Source of the DNA: a virus
Lineage: Duplodnaviria; Heunggongvirae; Uroviricota; Caudoviricetes
Virus record (IMG/VR): IMGVR_UViG_3300011008_000007
DNA: 64,000 nucleotides
Reading direction: 5' to 3' (one strand)
Made by a program: the position numbers and the translations under genes. Position 1 is the stretch's first letter; each line of letters begins with the position of its first letter. Positions 36,326 to 44,368 of the stretch are shown here, piece after piece. Below the pieces are notes generated by a model. The model saw only the letters and a program-made list of their open reading frames with translations, did no database searches and was not told the DNA's origin.

Positions 36326-36401
36326 GCGCCATTAGCTCAGTTGGTAGAGCACTCGGCTTTTAATCGAGGTGTCCGGAGTTCGAGCCTCCGATGGCGCACC
36401 A
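36326..36401 (+). tRNA. tRNA-Lys(TTT)
   Basis: Acceptor GCGCCAT/ATGGCGC, D-arm TAGCTCAGTTGGTAGAGCA, anticodon loop CTTTTAA, T-arm CGGAGTTCGAGCCTCCG, CCA. Confidence 0.75.
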
Positions 36402-36590
36402 TTAAAGCACTAACAGCAAAATTATATAATAATTTAGGGTACAATTAATTATTTAAAGTGCTTTGAAAAGACGCGCACAGCAGTTAAATACATAATAATT
36501 TTGTTTTTGTTTTCTCATATGTTATTTACTCCTTTTAAAATATAGTGTTGATTGTAAGCGTCTTGACAAAAAAAGAAAGGATTTTGTATT

Positions 36591-38165
36591 ATGTCATTTT
36601 TTAACGAACTTAGAAAGAACATTGATGAGATTAATAATCTCCAAAAGACCGAAAACGGAGCAGTAGGTTATAAAACTACTGGCAAGAAGTTGTTGGATAT
36701 GAACTTCTCGATTCCCAAGTACAGAAAGGCAAATGAGGCTGAAATTATAGCCGATTTTGAACAGTCATTTAACGAGAACGAGATTCTTGCTATTCTTTGG
36801 ATGTTTTTCGCAAGAGATGTTCGTGGCGGACTTGGCGAAAGAAGATTATTCCGCATTTTATTCAACTGGTTTTGCAAAGAGCACACCAAGTATGCAAAAG
36901 AGTTGCTTGAATGTGTAGCAGAATATGGTCGCTGGGACGACCTTGTTAAAGCTACGGACAACACTCCTGTATGGGATGATGCGGTAGTGCTTATCAAAAA
37001 GCAGCTCACAGAAGACTTATTGAATTTTGAGGCTTCTAAAAGTATCTCACTTTTGGCTAAGTGGCTTCCGAGTGAAAGGACTTCAAGTCAGAAAACGAGA
37101 ATCCTTGCCCGCAAGTTAGCAAAGGCGCTTTCAATCAACATTGCTGATTATAACCGCATTTGTGTTAAGCTGCGCAAGTATCTTGATGTAACTGAAATCA
37201 AGATGAGCGCAAAAGAGTGGGAGAATATCAATTATTCTACGGTTCCTTCGGGCGCAAATGTAAAGTACAACAATGCTTTTCTGCGCAATGACGAAGAAAG
37301 ACGCAGAGCATATTTGGAGTCTTTGAAAAAGGGCGAAACTAAAATCAATGCTTCTGCTTTGTTCCCACACGACATTGTACATAAGTATAGCAAAAATTCT
37401 TATTGGCACGGTTCAGTAGGCTCATATGACGAAGCTCTTGAACAGTTGTGGAAGGCTCTTCCCGATATGGGCGGACTCGAAAACACGATTGTTGTTGCCG
37501 ACGGCTCTGGTTCAATGACTTGTAGAGTTGACCCAAATAGTACAACTTCTGCGCTTGAAGTAGCCAATGGTTTAGCTTTGTATTGTGCTGAACATTGCAA
37601 GGGAGAATTTAAGGATAAATATATCACATTCTCATCCAGACCTCAGTTTGTAGATTTGAGCAACAAAATCTCACTACACGACAAATTGGCTGAGGCTTAC
37701 AGACACGACGAGTGTTCAAATACCGACATCCAGGCTGTATTTGACCTTATACTCCATACTGCAACTTCAACCAATGCCAAACAAGAGGATATTCCTAAGA
37801 CTATTCTTATTGTTTCCGATATGGAGTTCGATGCCGCAACAAGTACAGGCGGTTGGTATGGTTCATCATCTTCTCTCACTCCGTCACTTTTTAAAGTAAT
37901 TGACAGAAAATATAAGGAAGCAGGTTATCAGTTGCCGCGCCTTGTATTTTGGAATGTAAACTCTCGCACAGGCACAATTCCAATGAAAGAGAATGACCTT
38001 GGAGTAACTTTGGTTAGTGGCTTCTCAATTTCGATTGTGCAGATGGTGCAGAACGGCGAAACCGACCCATACCTCAATCTTGTCAAGGTTCTTATGGGAG
38101 ATAGATATATGCCCATTTGTGCAAAATTACTCGGAAATACATTTAATAAGGAGAACTACAAATGA
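36591..38165 (+). CDS. vWA-domain protein, Ro60/TROVE-like (Rsr-like) candidate
   Basis: MIDAS motif VVADGSGSMT about 300 aa in; C-terminal blocks (IVSDMEFDAA...LPRLVFWNVNSRTGT...LGVTLVSGFS) co-linear with the Ro60 vWA region; about 520 aa like Ro60. Confidence 0.45.
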   Translation: MSFFNELRKNIDEINNLQKTENGAVGYKTTGKKLLDMNFSIPKYRKANEAEIIADFEQSFNENEILAILWMFFARDVRGGLGERRLFRILFNWFCKEHTKYAKELLECVAEYGRWDDLVKATDNTPVWDDAVVLIKKQLTEDLLNFEASKSISLLAKWLPSERTSSQKTRILARKLAKALSINIADYNRICVKLRKYLDVTEIKMSAKEWENINYSTVPSGANVKYNNAFLRNDEERRRAYLESLKKGETKINASALFPHDIVHKYSKNSYWHGSVGSYDEALEQLWKALPDMGGLENTIVVADGSGSMTCRVDPNSTTSALEVANGLALYCAEHCKGEFKDKYITFSSRPQFVDLSNKISLHDKLAEAYRHDECSNTDIQAVFDLILHTATSTNAKQEDIPKTILIVSDMEFDAATSTGGWYGSSSSLTPSLFKVIDRKYKEAGYQLPRLVFWNVNSRTGTIPMKENDLGVTLVSGFSISIVQMVQNGETDPYLNLVKVLMGDRYMPICAKLLGNTFNKENYK

Positions 38166-38995
38166 GTAAGAATTACAGCGAATTTGACAAACGAATGAAA
38201 AAATATGAGTTTGTCACAAGAACACATTTGATGACACGAACTCCTGCTATTATTAGAATTGACGGAAAGGCTTTCCATACGTTTACAAAGGGATTTAAAA
38301 AGCCTTTCGACGAAGTTCTGCAAAACAGTATGCAGGAAACAATGAAGTATTTATGTGAGAATATCCAGGGATGTGTTCTTGGATATGCGCAGTCTGATGA
38401 AATCACTTTGGTTTTGACAGATTATAAGACTCTCGAAACTTCGGCTTGGTTCGATTATAACATTCAAAAGTGCGCAAGTGTTGCGGCAAGTATGGCGACT
38501 ATGGCATTTAACAGAGCATTCCGCAAGAATGTTTTTGACTGGATGGAAGCTAATAACCCCGAAGATAAGTCTAATAATGAAGAAACTATAGCATACCATA
38601 ATCAGTTCGGTTCATATAACGCAGCATTTAATAGGGGAGCTCTATTTGATGCAAGGGTATTCAATATTCCCAAAGAAGAAGTTTGTAACAACATTCTTTG
38701 GCGCCAACAAGATGCTATCAGAAATTCTATCCAAATGGTAGGACGTTCATTCTATTCCGACAAAGAGCTTTTCGAGAAATCCACAAAGGATATTCAGGAA
38801 ATGTTATCTACGGACAAGAAAATAAATTGGGCTGAGGATTATCCTATTAGATTTCAGCGTGGTAGTTGCTGCATTAAGAAGTATGATGAGAATACCGGTC
38901 ATAATGAGTGGGTAATTGATAATGAAATCCCTATTTTCAAAGAAGAGGGAAGAGCATATATTGATAATCTTGTATTTTGCGGCGAAAATTTATAA
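38162..38995 (+). CDS. Thg1-like protein (tRNA-His guanylyltransferase family / 3'-5' polymerase)
   Basis: IIRIDGKAFHTFTKGFKKPFDE ... VLGYAQSDEITLVL matches Thg1 catalytic blocks (RxDGxxFHxF, xKPxDxR, YGQSDEYSF). Confidence 0.65.
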   Translation: MSKNYSEFDKRMKKYEFVTRTHLMTRTPAIIRIDGKAFHTFTKGFKKPFDEVLQNSMQETMKYLCENIQGCVLGYAQSDEITLVLTDYKTLETSAWFDYNIQKCASVAASMATMAFNRAFRKNVFDWMEANNPEDKSNNEETIAYHNQFGSYNAAFNRGALFDARVFNIPKEEVCNNILWRQQDAIRNSIQMVGRSFYSDKELFEKSTKDIQEMLSTDKKINWAEDYPIRFQRGSCCIKKYDENTGHNEWVIDNEIPIFKEEGRAYIDNLVFCGENL

Positions 38996-39036
38996 ATAAA
39001 ACTTGCATTTTATTTATAAAACTATCTAAAAAATTA

Positions 39037-39065
39037 TTGACAAATCAATAAAAATATGCTATAAT
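39037..39065 (+). promoter_or_regulatory. promoter TTGACA-N17-TGcTATAAT
   Basis: Hexamers 39037-39042 and 39060-39065. Confidence 0.55.
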
Positions 39066-39157
39066 ACAGTTGTAATGAGGGCGAGGGTAAGTTTAACAAC
39101 TCAAACTCCCTCGCCTTTATTGGAAATAATAAACCTATCAATAAAATTAGAGGAAAT

Positions 39158-39343
39158 ATGTATTATAAATTTATTTGTCCAAAGTGCGGAAAGCATATTG
39201 AGTTACAGATACCGATTTCACAATATAGTTCGGAAGGGCATTTTTGTGAATGCGGAGCCGAATTACAACGTGACCCAAGCGACTTCTGTACAAACAGTAA
39301 AAGGAATATAGATGGATTCTTCGGAACGTCAACCAAAAGTTAA
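39158..39343 (+). CDS. small zinc-ribbon protein
   Basis: CPKCGK...CECGAEL pairs; RBS AGAGGAAA. Confidence 0.4.
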   Translation: MYYKFICPKCGKHIELQIPISQYSSEGHFCECGAELQRDPSDFCTNSKRNIDGFFGTSTKS

Positions 39344-39346
39344 TAT

Positions 39347-39429
39347 GCGGGTGTGGCGAAATTGGCATACGCGCGAGATTTAGGTTCTCGTGTTTCGGCG
39401 TGCAGGTTCAAGTCCTGTCACCCGCACCA
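39347..39429 (+). tRNA. tRNA-Leu(TAG), type II
   Basis: Acceptor GCGGGTG/CACCCGC, anticodon arm CGAGA-TTTAGGT-TCTCG, long variable region, CCA. Confidence 0.6.
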
Positions 39430-39627
39430 AAATATAAGACACATACAGCAATCAATACATAAATTTGGCTCAAACTTTTAATTTGAATACCTTTTTATAG
39501 TGTCTTGGAGTATAAATTCCTTTCATTTTATAAATAAGGCGCACACAGCGATTTTACAATGGATTAATAAAAGCTCTTGAAAAGTTTTTTAGAGGGTTCA
39601 AGTCCCTCAACCGCGTCTTGAAATATG

Positions 39628-39703
39628 CACCATTAGTACAATCGGTTAGTACAGTCGGCTGATAATCGACAGACTGTGGTTCAAATCCACGATGGTGTAC
39701 CAG
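39628..39703 (+). tRNA. tRNA-Ile(GAT)
   Basis: Acceptor GCACCAT/ATGGTGT (G1-U72), D-stem GTAC/GTAC, anticodon loop CTGATAA, T-arm TGTGGTTCAAATCCACG, CCA. Confidence 0.6.
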
Positions 39704-39749
39704 TGTGTTTGATTTAGCACACAAATTCAATCGTTTTATTATTTTTTTC
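39704..39749 (+). terminator. intrinsic terminator
   Basis: Hairpin GTGTGTTTGATTTAGCACAC followed by T-tract TTTTATTATTTTTTT. Confidence 0.55.
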
Positions 39750-39799
39750 ATAAGAAAAATATCTGTTGCTTGCTGTCCGGTTTAAAGCAACAGGTATAT

Positions 39800-39894
39800 G
39801 GCAGCCTAACCCTAATTGGTAAGGGAGTAGTCTTGAAAACTACCAGTAATCGCCGAGAGGTGGTGTCTCGGTTCAAGTCCGAGGGCTGTCGCCA
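39800..39894 (+). tRNA. tRNA-Ser(TGA), type II
   Basis: Acceptor GGCAGCC/GGCTGTC, anticodon arm GTAGT-CTTGAAA-ACTAC, long variable arm, T-arm CTCGGTTCAAGTCCGAG, CCA. Confidence 0.65.
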
Positions 39895-40569
39895 ATGACC
39901 TGATGGCGCGTCAGGACGGTTTGGGATTAGCCCATCACAGCCGATACCGTAAAAACAGAAGACCTCTCAATAATAAAAGTATTAACTGGATTATTGAAGT
40001 CGCCCACCTGTTCCAAAGTCGGTGTTTAAAATAGATAGTCAATGTTGCGAATATAGACGGGGCAATTTTCATATAAGCAAGATGAACTCAATAGAGAACC
40101 CATCGGCAAAGTCCTCGTTAGCCACCTCCGCGGGCACTGCTTCTATGGCTGATGGTGCCTATTGACTTCCATATAAACGAGAAGAACGCAACTCTCTGTT
40201 CGGGTCGAAATGATATATACCCGTTCGGTGCTGATACCTATCAGACGGTTATATGGCGTTACACTCCTACCAATACGATAAATTGGGGAAACACAATAGG
40301 GAGAAGAATAATGAAAGCACATTACAACAAGCAATTTTCAAACTATGGACGATTGATTGTGCATTCGGTGTGGTTGCATTTATCATAGGGCACAAATTGC
40401 GACAATTAAATAATTAGTTGGAAGAAAAGGGCGAAAAAGACATAAGCTATGACTTCCCGATAATCTTCAAGGTGTGGACGTGGTGTTGGCTATGCAAACC
40501 AACTGATAGTGTTTAGGCATAGAGTAGAAATTATCTCTTCCAGCTAATTGTTTTGATTGTTTTAGATAT

Positions 40570-40655
40570 GCGGGTGTGATGGAATTGGCAGACATAAGGG
40601 ACTTAAAATCCCTTGGGTTTATCCCGTATCAGTTCGAGTCTGATTACCCGCACCA
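40570..40655 (+). tRNA. tRNA-Leu(TAA), type II
   Basis: Acceptor GCGGGTG/TACCCGC, anticodon arm AGGGA-CTTAAAA-TCCCT, variable hairpin, T-arm ATCAGTTCGAGTCTGAT, CCA. Confidence 0.65.
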
Positions 40656-40743
40656 AAGCAAGAATATTATAATAAAGTTTATACCCTTTGCGGGTCTTAT
40701 AAAAAAGTTTTAATTCTTGCACAGACACAGACAGCAAACCTTA

Positions 40744-40813
40744 AACGAATTAGTCAAACGGTAAGACACACCTCGAAACGGTGCAATTGTGGGTTCAACT
40801 CCCATATTCGCAA
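40744..40813 (+). pseudogene. degenerate tRNA-Phe-like element (anticodon loop TCGAAAC, C33)
   Basis: T-arm GTGGGTTCAACTCCCAT and anticodon GAA-like loop, but only 5 bp of acceptor pairing and C at position 33. Confidence 0.3.
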
Positions 40814-40839
40814 AGCGTGTCTGGAAACAATTGAATATG

Positions 40840-40967
40840 AGGGGTATAGCTCAATTGGTAGAGCGCTGTAATTTTTCAGTATCTTGCAAAAGATACATAC
40901 AGCAAACCATTACATAAAATAATGCTTAGGGAGCCAGATGTTACAGGTTCGAGTCCTGTTGCCCCTC
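40840..40967 (+). ncRNA. atypical tRNA-like gene 1 (128 nt; Ala-like 5' half; internal Cys-like TTGCAAA hairpin)
   Basis: Canonical acceptor AGGGGTA/TGCCCCT, D-arm AGCTCAATTGGTAGAGC and T-arm ACAGGTTCGAGTCCTGT, but about 77 nt between them. Contains hairpin GTATCTTGCAAAAGATAC + ACAGCAAACC. Confidence 0.45.
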
Positions 40968-40975
40968 GCAAATAT

Positions 40976-41097
40976 GCCGGTGTAGCCCAATGGTAGAGCA
41001 GCGGACGCATAATGTGTCTTGATTTAGAAAACACTTGCAGCAATTAAGCGGTCAAGAAAACCGTGTGTTGGAGGTTCGATTCCTCTCCGCCGGCACC
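40976..41097 (+). ncRNA. atypical tRNA-like gene 2 (122 nt; Thr-like ends)
   Basis: Acceptor GCCGGTG/CGCCGGC-A-CCA, D-arm TAGCCCAATGGTAGAGC, T-arm GGAGGTTCGATTCCTCT. Central insert with outer helix CGCATAAT/ATTAAGCG, hairpin GTGTCTTGATTTAGAAAACAC + GCAGCAATT. Confidence 0.45.
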
Positions 41098-41100
41098 AAA

Positions 41101-41220
41101 TGGGAGCGTAGCTCAGTTGGTAGAGTAATAGTAATGAAAAGTTGTCTTGTAAAGACAATAACAGCAATCTATTAAGTTCCAAACTATGTGTCGCAAGTTC
41201 GATTCTTGTCGCTCCCTCCA
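41101..41220 (+). ncRNA. atypical tRNA-like gene 3 (120 nt). Equals tRNA-Gly(TCC) if a 43 nt insert between positions 31/32 is removed
   Basis: Acceptor GGGAGCG/CGCTCCC-T-CCA. With the insert AATGAAAAG-TTGTCTTGTAAAGACAA-TAACAGCAAT-CTATTAA excised, anticodon arm ATAGT-GTTCCAA-ACTAT. The insert itself holds a Tyr-like hairpin TTGTC-TTGTAAA-GACAA. Confidence 0.5.
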
Positions 41221-41223
41221 TAT

Positions 41224-41363
41224 GGGGATGTAGCTCAGTCGGTTAGAGCAGCGTTAAAATTTATTAAGTGTCTTGTTTGTAAAGATACACCCAGCAATCT
41301 TATTTTAATGAAGAAAATAGCTTGTTAAGCCGCAGGTCGTAGGTTCGAGCCCTACCATCCCCA
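41224..41363 (+). ncRNA. atypical tRNA-like gene 4 (140 nt). Resembles tRNA-Asn(GTT) with a 66 nt insert 5' of the anticodon loop
   Basis: Acceptor GGGGATG/CATCCCC. 3' half ...TTGTTAA-GCCGC-AGGTC-GTAGGTTCGAGCCCTAC is Asn-like. Insert has outer helix TTAAAAT/ATTTTAA, hairpin GTGTCTTG...AAAGATACAC + CCAGCAATC. No CCA encoded. Confidence 0.45.
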
Positions 41364-41376
41364 CTCTCCTTTATTA

Positions 41377-41461
41377 GGGCGGGTCGCATAGTGGCAATTG
41401 CGGTGGGCTGTAAACCCACTTCGGTAACGATTCGTAGGTTCGAGTCCTACTCCGCCCACCA
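41377..41461 (+). tRNA. tRNA-Tyr(GTA), type II
   Basis: Acceptor GGGCGGG/TCCGCCC, anticodon arm GTGGG-CTGTAAA-CCCAC, variable arm, T-arm GTAGGTTCGAGTCCTAC, CCA. Confidence 0.65.
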
Positions 41462-41545
41462 AACCCTTTTGTGGCAATCTAAGTCAATATCATAAGATGT
41501 GAGTCCATAATAAATTATTCCTTGCTTTGGGTACAAGGAAAACAT

Positions 41546-41619
41546 ACAGGGTATGGTGTAATGGTAACACACTACATTTGGGATGTAGGGTCGCGGTTCA
41601 AATCCGATACCTTGTGCCA
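41546..41619 (+). tRNA. tRNA-Pro(TGG) (weak T-stem)
   Basis: Acceptor ACAGGGT/ACCTTGT-G-CCA, anticodon arm CTACA-TTTGGGA-TGTAG; T-stem has only 3 clean pairs. Confidence 0.45.
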
Positions 41620-41738
41620 GTCTGTGAAAGCAGACCAAAGGTACTGACATATTCACCTATCAAGTGGTGGGGCAAAACCCTACTACGAAAGAAGTTGGGG
41701 GAACTTCTATAAAAAACCCCGTCCAATCCTATTTATAT

Positions 41739-41825
41739 GGGAGCGTGGTGGAACTGGCAGACACGCGGGACTCAAACTCCCGCGCCGTTCGCGGCGTATG
41801 GGTTCAAATCCCATCGCTCCCACCA
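41739..41825 (+). tRNA. tRNA-Leu(CAA), type II
   Basis: Acceptor GGGAGCG/CGCTCCC-A-CCA, anticodon arm CGGGA-CTCAAAC-TCCCG, variable hairpin GCCGTTCGCGGC, T-arm ATGGGTTCAAATCCCAT. Confidence 0.7.
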
Positions 41826-41851
41826 AATCAAAATAATAAGGAGATAAAATT

Positions 41852-42553
41852 ATGCCTACAAGAAATGAGAACTTAGAAAAGATTCTTAAAAATCCTACAA
41901 GGGAAACAATAACTGTGTACGATGGAAAAGTGGAATATCCAATCGGTGAAATGTGCGTTGCGGATTCATTGCCGATTCTTCCTGTGGATGAACTTAGTCC
42001 TAAACCTATTGTGGCAAAAGAAACCAAAGATAAACTGGGTCGCAAACAAAAGATTACCAAGGGCTTTTTTTATGGGGATTGGTGTAACATTGTCCTTGAA
42101 ACATATTATCAAGGTTGTTTGTTCAATATATATTCGCTGATACCCGAAATTACTGATGTTTCTGTCAAAAATAAGAGCGCGATTATTGTTTCGTTTGGAG
42201 ATGGCACGAAAGAAAAGGCAATTTTACATAAAGATGATACATTCTCGCTTGAACAGGGTATTTCAATTTGCATTTCTAAGAAACTTCTTTCCGAGATGAC
42301 AGAGGGCAGAGGAAATTCTGCATACAACAAACTTGTTCGATATGGTTTAAAGAGGTACAAAGAGTGCGAGAAAAATAAGTCGGAGCAAAAGAAGAAAAAA
42401 GAGGAAGCCAAAAAGCAAAAGGCTCTTCGTGAAGAAAAACGAAAGAAGAAGAATGAAAAGAAAAAAGAGCGAGAGATAAACATTCGTAAGGAAGCATATC
42501 TTCGTGCAATGCGCGAAATGGAGAATAGCAAAAGCCCTGAGCGCGAATCATAA
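41852..42553 (+). CDS. hypothetical protein with Lys/Glu-rich low-complexity C-terminus
   Basis: ORF with AAGGAG SD; KKKKEEAKKQK... tail. Confidence 0.5.
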   Translation: MPTRNENLEKILKNPTRETITVYDGKVEYPIGEMCVADSLPILPVDELSPKPIVAKETKDKLGRKQKITKGFFYGDWCNIVLETYYQGCLFNIYSLIPEITDVSVKNKSAIIVSFGDGTKEKAILHKDDTFSLEQGISICISKKLLSEMTEGRGNSAYNKLVRYGLKRYKECEKNKSEQKKKKEEAKKQKALREEKRKKKNEKKKEREINIRKEAYLRAMREMENSKSPERES

Positions 42554-42606
42554 GTAGCATTTAGGGAGTTATTTAAACTCCCTATTTTTATTTTAAGGAG
42601 AAAAAT

Positions 42607-42870
42607 ATGGCAATCAAGATAAATAATTGCAGAGAAAAAGAAATGGCTAATTCTATTAGGAGTATTGGAGAACTACTTATAGCGAAAGCCGATGATATAG
42701 TCAAAGATATTGATAAAGATTATGTTTCGGGTGTAACGATTTATGCAAGTCTTACTGGAGATTGGGGTTCAGCTCCCTCTGTAAGTATTTCCAAAGATTA
42801 TATTGTAATTGGCGAGCCAAAACAAAAGGTTGAAGTGATAAACTTCCCTAAAGCAAAAGGAGATGATTAA
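42607..42870 (+). CDS. hypothetical protein
   Basis: ORF with AAGGAG SD. Confidence 0.4.
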   Translation: MAIKINNCREKEMANSIRSIGELLIAKADDIVKDIDKDYVSGVTIYASLTGDWGSAPSVSISKDYIVIGEPKQKVEVINFPKAKGDD

Positions 42871-42871
42871 T

Positions 42872-43039
42872 ATGCCGGTTTGGTTGACACATTTACTTAT
42901 TTTTATTATCGGTACTGGTTTCGGCGTATTTTTCTTTTCCTTATTGTGTGCTTCTCATAGAGAAGATGACCTTGAATTACAAGCAAAAGCACTAAAAGAA
43001 TATAGAGATAGTAAAGTCAAAGATAGGAATGAGTTTTAA
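42872..43039 (+). CDS. small membrane protein (55 aa; not in ORF track)
   Basis: ATG 42872 8 nt after AAAGGAGATG; one hydrophobic helix LLIFIIGTGFGVFFFSLL. Confidence 0.4.
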   Translation: MPVWLTHLLIFIIGTGFGVFFFSLLCASHREDDLELQAKALKEYRDSKVKDRNEF

Positions 43040-43040
43040 T

Positions 43041-43334
43041 ATGAACATAGATATATTTTTAACGGTGCGCGCCTTGTGTGGTGTGGCAATTATGATTAAT
43101 CTTGCTTTGTATTTTTTGTTTAGACATAAAGAGTATTCAGCTTTGATTTATTCGGTAGTTTTAGGCGGCATTTTTACCATAGATTTTATTGCAGCGCTTA
43201 ATGAAGGTACAGTTTGGCGCCCTCTAATATTTGGCATAGGTTTGATAGCAATAATCTTTTTAATTGCCGCAGATATAAATTTTTATTTATCTGATGATGA
43301 ATATGAAGAACTGGAGCAGAACGATACGGAATGA
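43041..43334 (+). CDS. small membrane protein
   Basis: Two hydrophobic segments; ATG 43041 preferred over track start 43029. Confidence 0.4.
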   Translation: MNIDIFLTVRALCGVAIMINLALYFLFRHKEYSALIYSVVLGGIFTIDFIAALNEGTVWRPLIFGIGLIAIIFLIAADINFYLSDDEYEELEQNDTE

Positions 43335-43876
43335 ATATAACAAAAATCAGTCGCTATTTAAGTATGATACTAAGACATAAGCCAGAAGAAATTGGAATTA
43401 CACTCGATGAACACGGATGGGCAAACACCAAAGATATTCTTGCTGGATTAAAAATTGATATGCCGACACTACAACATATTGTAAAAACCGATAATAAACA
43501 ACGTTATTCATTTAACAAAGATGAGAGTAAAATTCGGGCAAATCAAGGACATTCTATTCCTGTTGACGTTGAACTCGAAGAAGTAATGCCACCAGCCGTT
43601 TTATATCACGGAACCGGTAAGAAATATGTAGATTCTATTGATAAGCAAGGATTAATACCAAAATCTCGCCTATATGTTCATTTGTCTTTGGATAAAGAAA
43701 CTGCATATGAAGTGGGTAAGAGGCACGGTTCTCCTTATATTTATAAGGTTGATTCGGAAGCTATGCACAAAGATGGATATAAATTCTTCCTGTCTGTAAA
43801 TGGTGTTTATTTAACTAAAGAAGTTCCTACAAAGTATTTGAGTTTGGATTACAGTATGTTTTCAAGAGGTATTTAA
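43331..43876 (+). CDS. RNA 2'-phosphotransferase Tpt1/KptA family
   Basis: [28 protein letters not shown] ... [28 protein letters not shown] matches the KptA/Tpt1 signature (LRH, HGT, VHLS). Confidence 0.65.
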   Translation: MNITKISRYLSMILRHKPEEIGITLDEHGWANTKDILAGLKIDMPTLQHIVKTDNKQRYSFNKDESKIRANQGHSIPVDVELEEVMPPAVLYHGTGKKYVDSIDKQGLIPKSRLYVHLSLDKETAYEVGKRHGSPYIYKVDSEAMHKDGYKFFLSVNGVYLTKEVPTKYLSLDYSMFSRGI

Positions 43877-43877
43877 A

Positions 43878-44180
43878 ATGTTGCATACATTAAATAAAGC
43901 CTGGGCAAAATGTTTAGCTCGTCGTGCAGACAAAAAGATAATGTTTGTTTATTCAACAAATGAAGAATTGGATATAATTATCGAAGCGCTTGACGAAGCC
44001 AATAAAGAAATTGGTGATACTTGTTTTTGCTGGGTTATTGATAAAAATGGTGTTGAGGAAATGATGAATGACGGTGTTGACTTTGAAATGCAAGATGACA
44101 TTTTAATATCGCACGATATTCATTATAAAATATTTTTGAATGATTATCTTGGGCGGCATTGTAAAAGGAAGTGTTGTTAG
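43878..44180 (+). CDS. hypothetical protein
   Basis: ORF with SD. Confidence 0.4.
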   Translation: MLHTLNKAWAKCLARRADKKIMFVYSTNEELDIIIEALDEANKEIGDTCFCWVIDKNGVEEMMNDGVDFEMQDDILISHDIHYKIFLNDYLGRHCKRKCC

Positions 44181-44368
44181 TGAGAATATTAGATGAATGT
44201 AGATATTATGCTCCGTGCGGATTATGCACATATTATAATAAACCCTGCAATGAAGTGTGCGGAAGAAAACCGAAGTATAATGGCACAAATGCACTTACAC
44301 CAATAGATAATCCTCCGCGCGAAAAGATAAGTCCTATTTGGTATGGGCAGCAGGACACGACCCCATAA
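44177..44368 (+). CDS. hypothetical small Cys-rich protein
   Basis: GTG start; track ORF 44171. Confidence 0.3.
   Translation, partial: LVRILDECRYYAPCGLCTYYNKPCNEVCGRKPKYNGTNALTPIDNPPREKISPIWYGQQDTTP

Noticed and set aside
36563-36592. Possible promoter TTGACA(36563)-N18-TATTAT overlapping the ATG of the Ro60-like gene
   Set aside because: The -10 would overlap the start codon and place the TSS inside the ORF, while a good SD (AAAGAAAGGA) exists. More likely coincidental
40152-40388. ORF 40152..40388 (78 aa) and minus ORF 40143..40334 within the 675 nt GC-richer segment
   Set aside because: No SD, mutually overlapping on both strands, no motif. Region treated as non-coding or unknown
39895-40569. 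RNase P RNA hypothesis for the GC-richer segment (GGCAAAGTCC resembles the P4 GGAAAGUCC)
   Set aside because: The ACAGAA-type 3' P4 partner occurs upstream rather than downstream and no other conserved RNase P blocks were found. Left as an unexplained candidate ncRNA
40840-41363. Interpretation of the four long tRNA-like genes as Y-RNA (YrlA) homologs because a Ro60-like gene is nearby
   Set aside because: In YrlA the termini form the Ro-binding helix and the tRNA-like module is internal. Here the termini form a standard acceptor stem with discriminator and CCA, so they are tRNA-derived rather than Y-RNA-like. Association with Ro60 remains possible but is not the basis of the call
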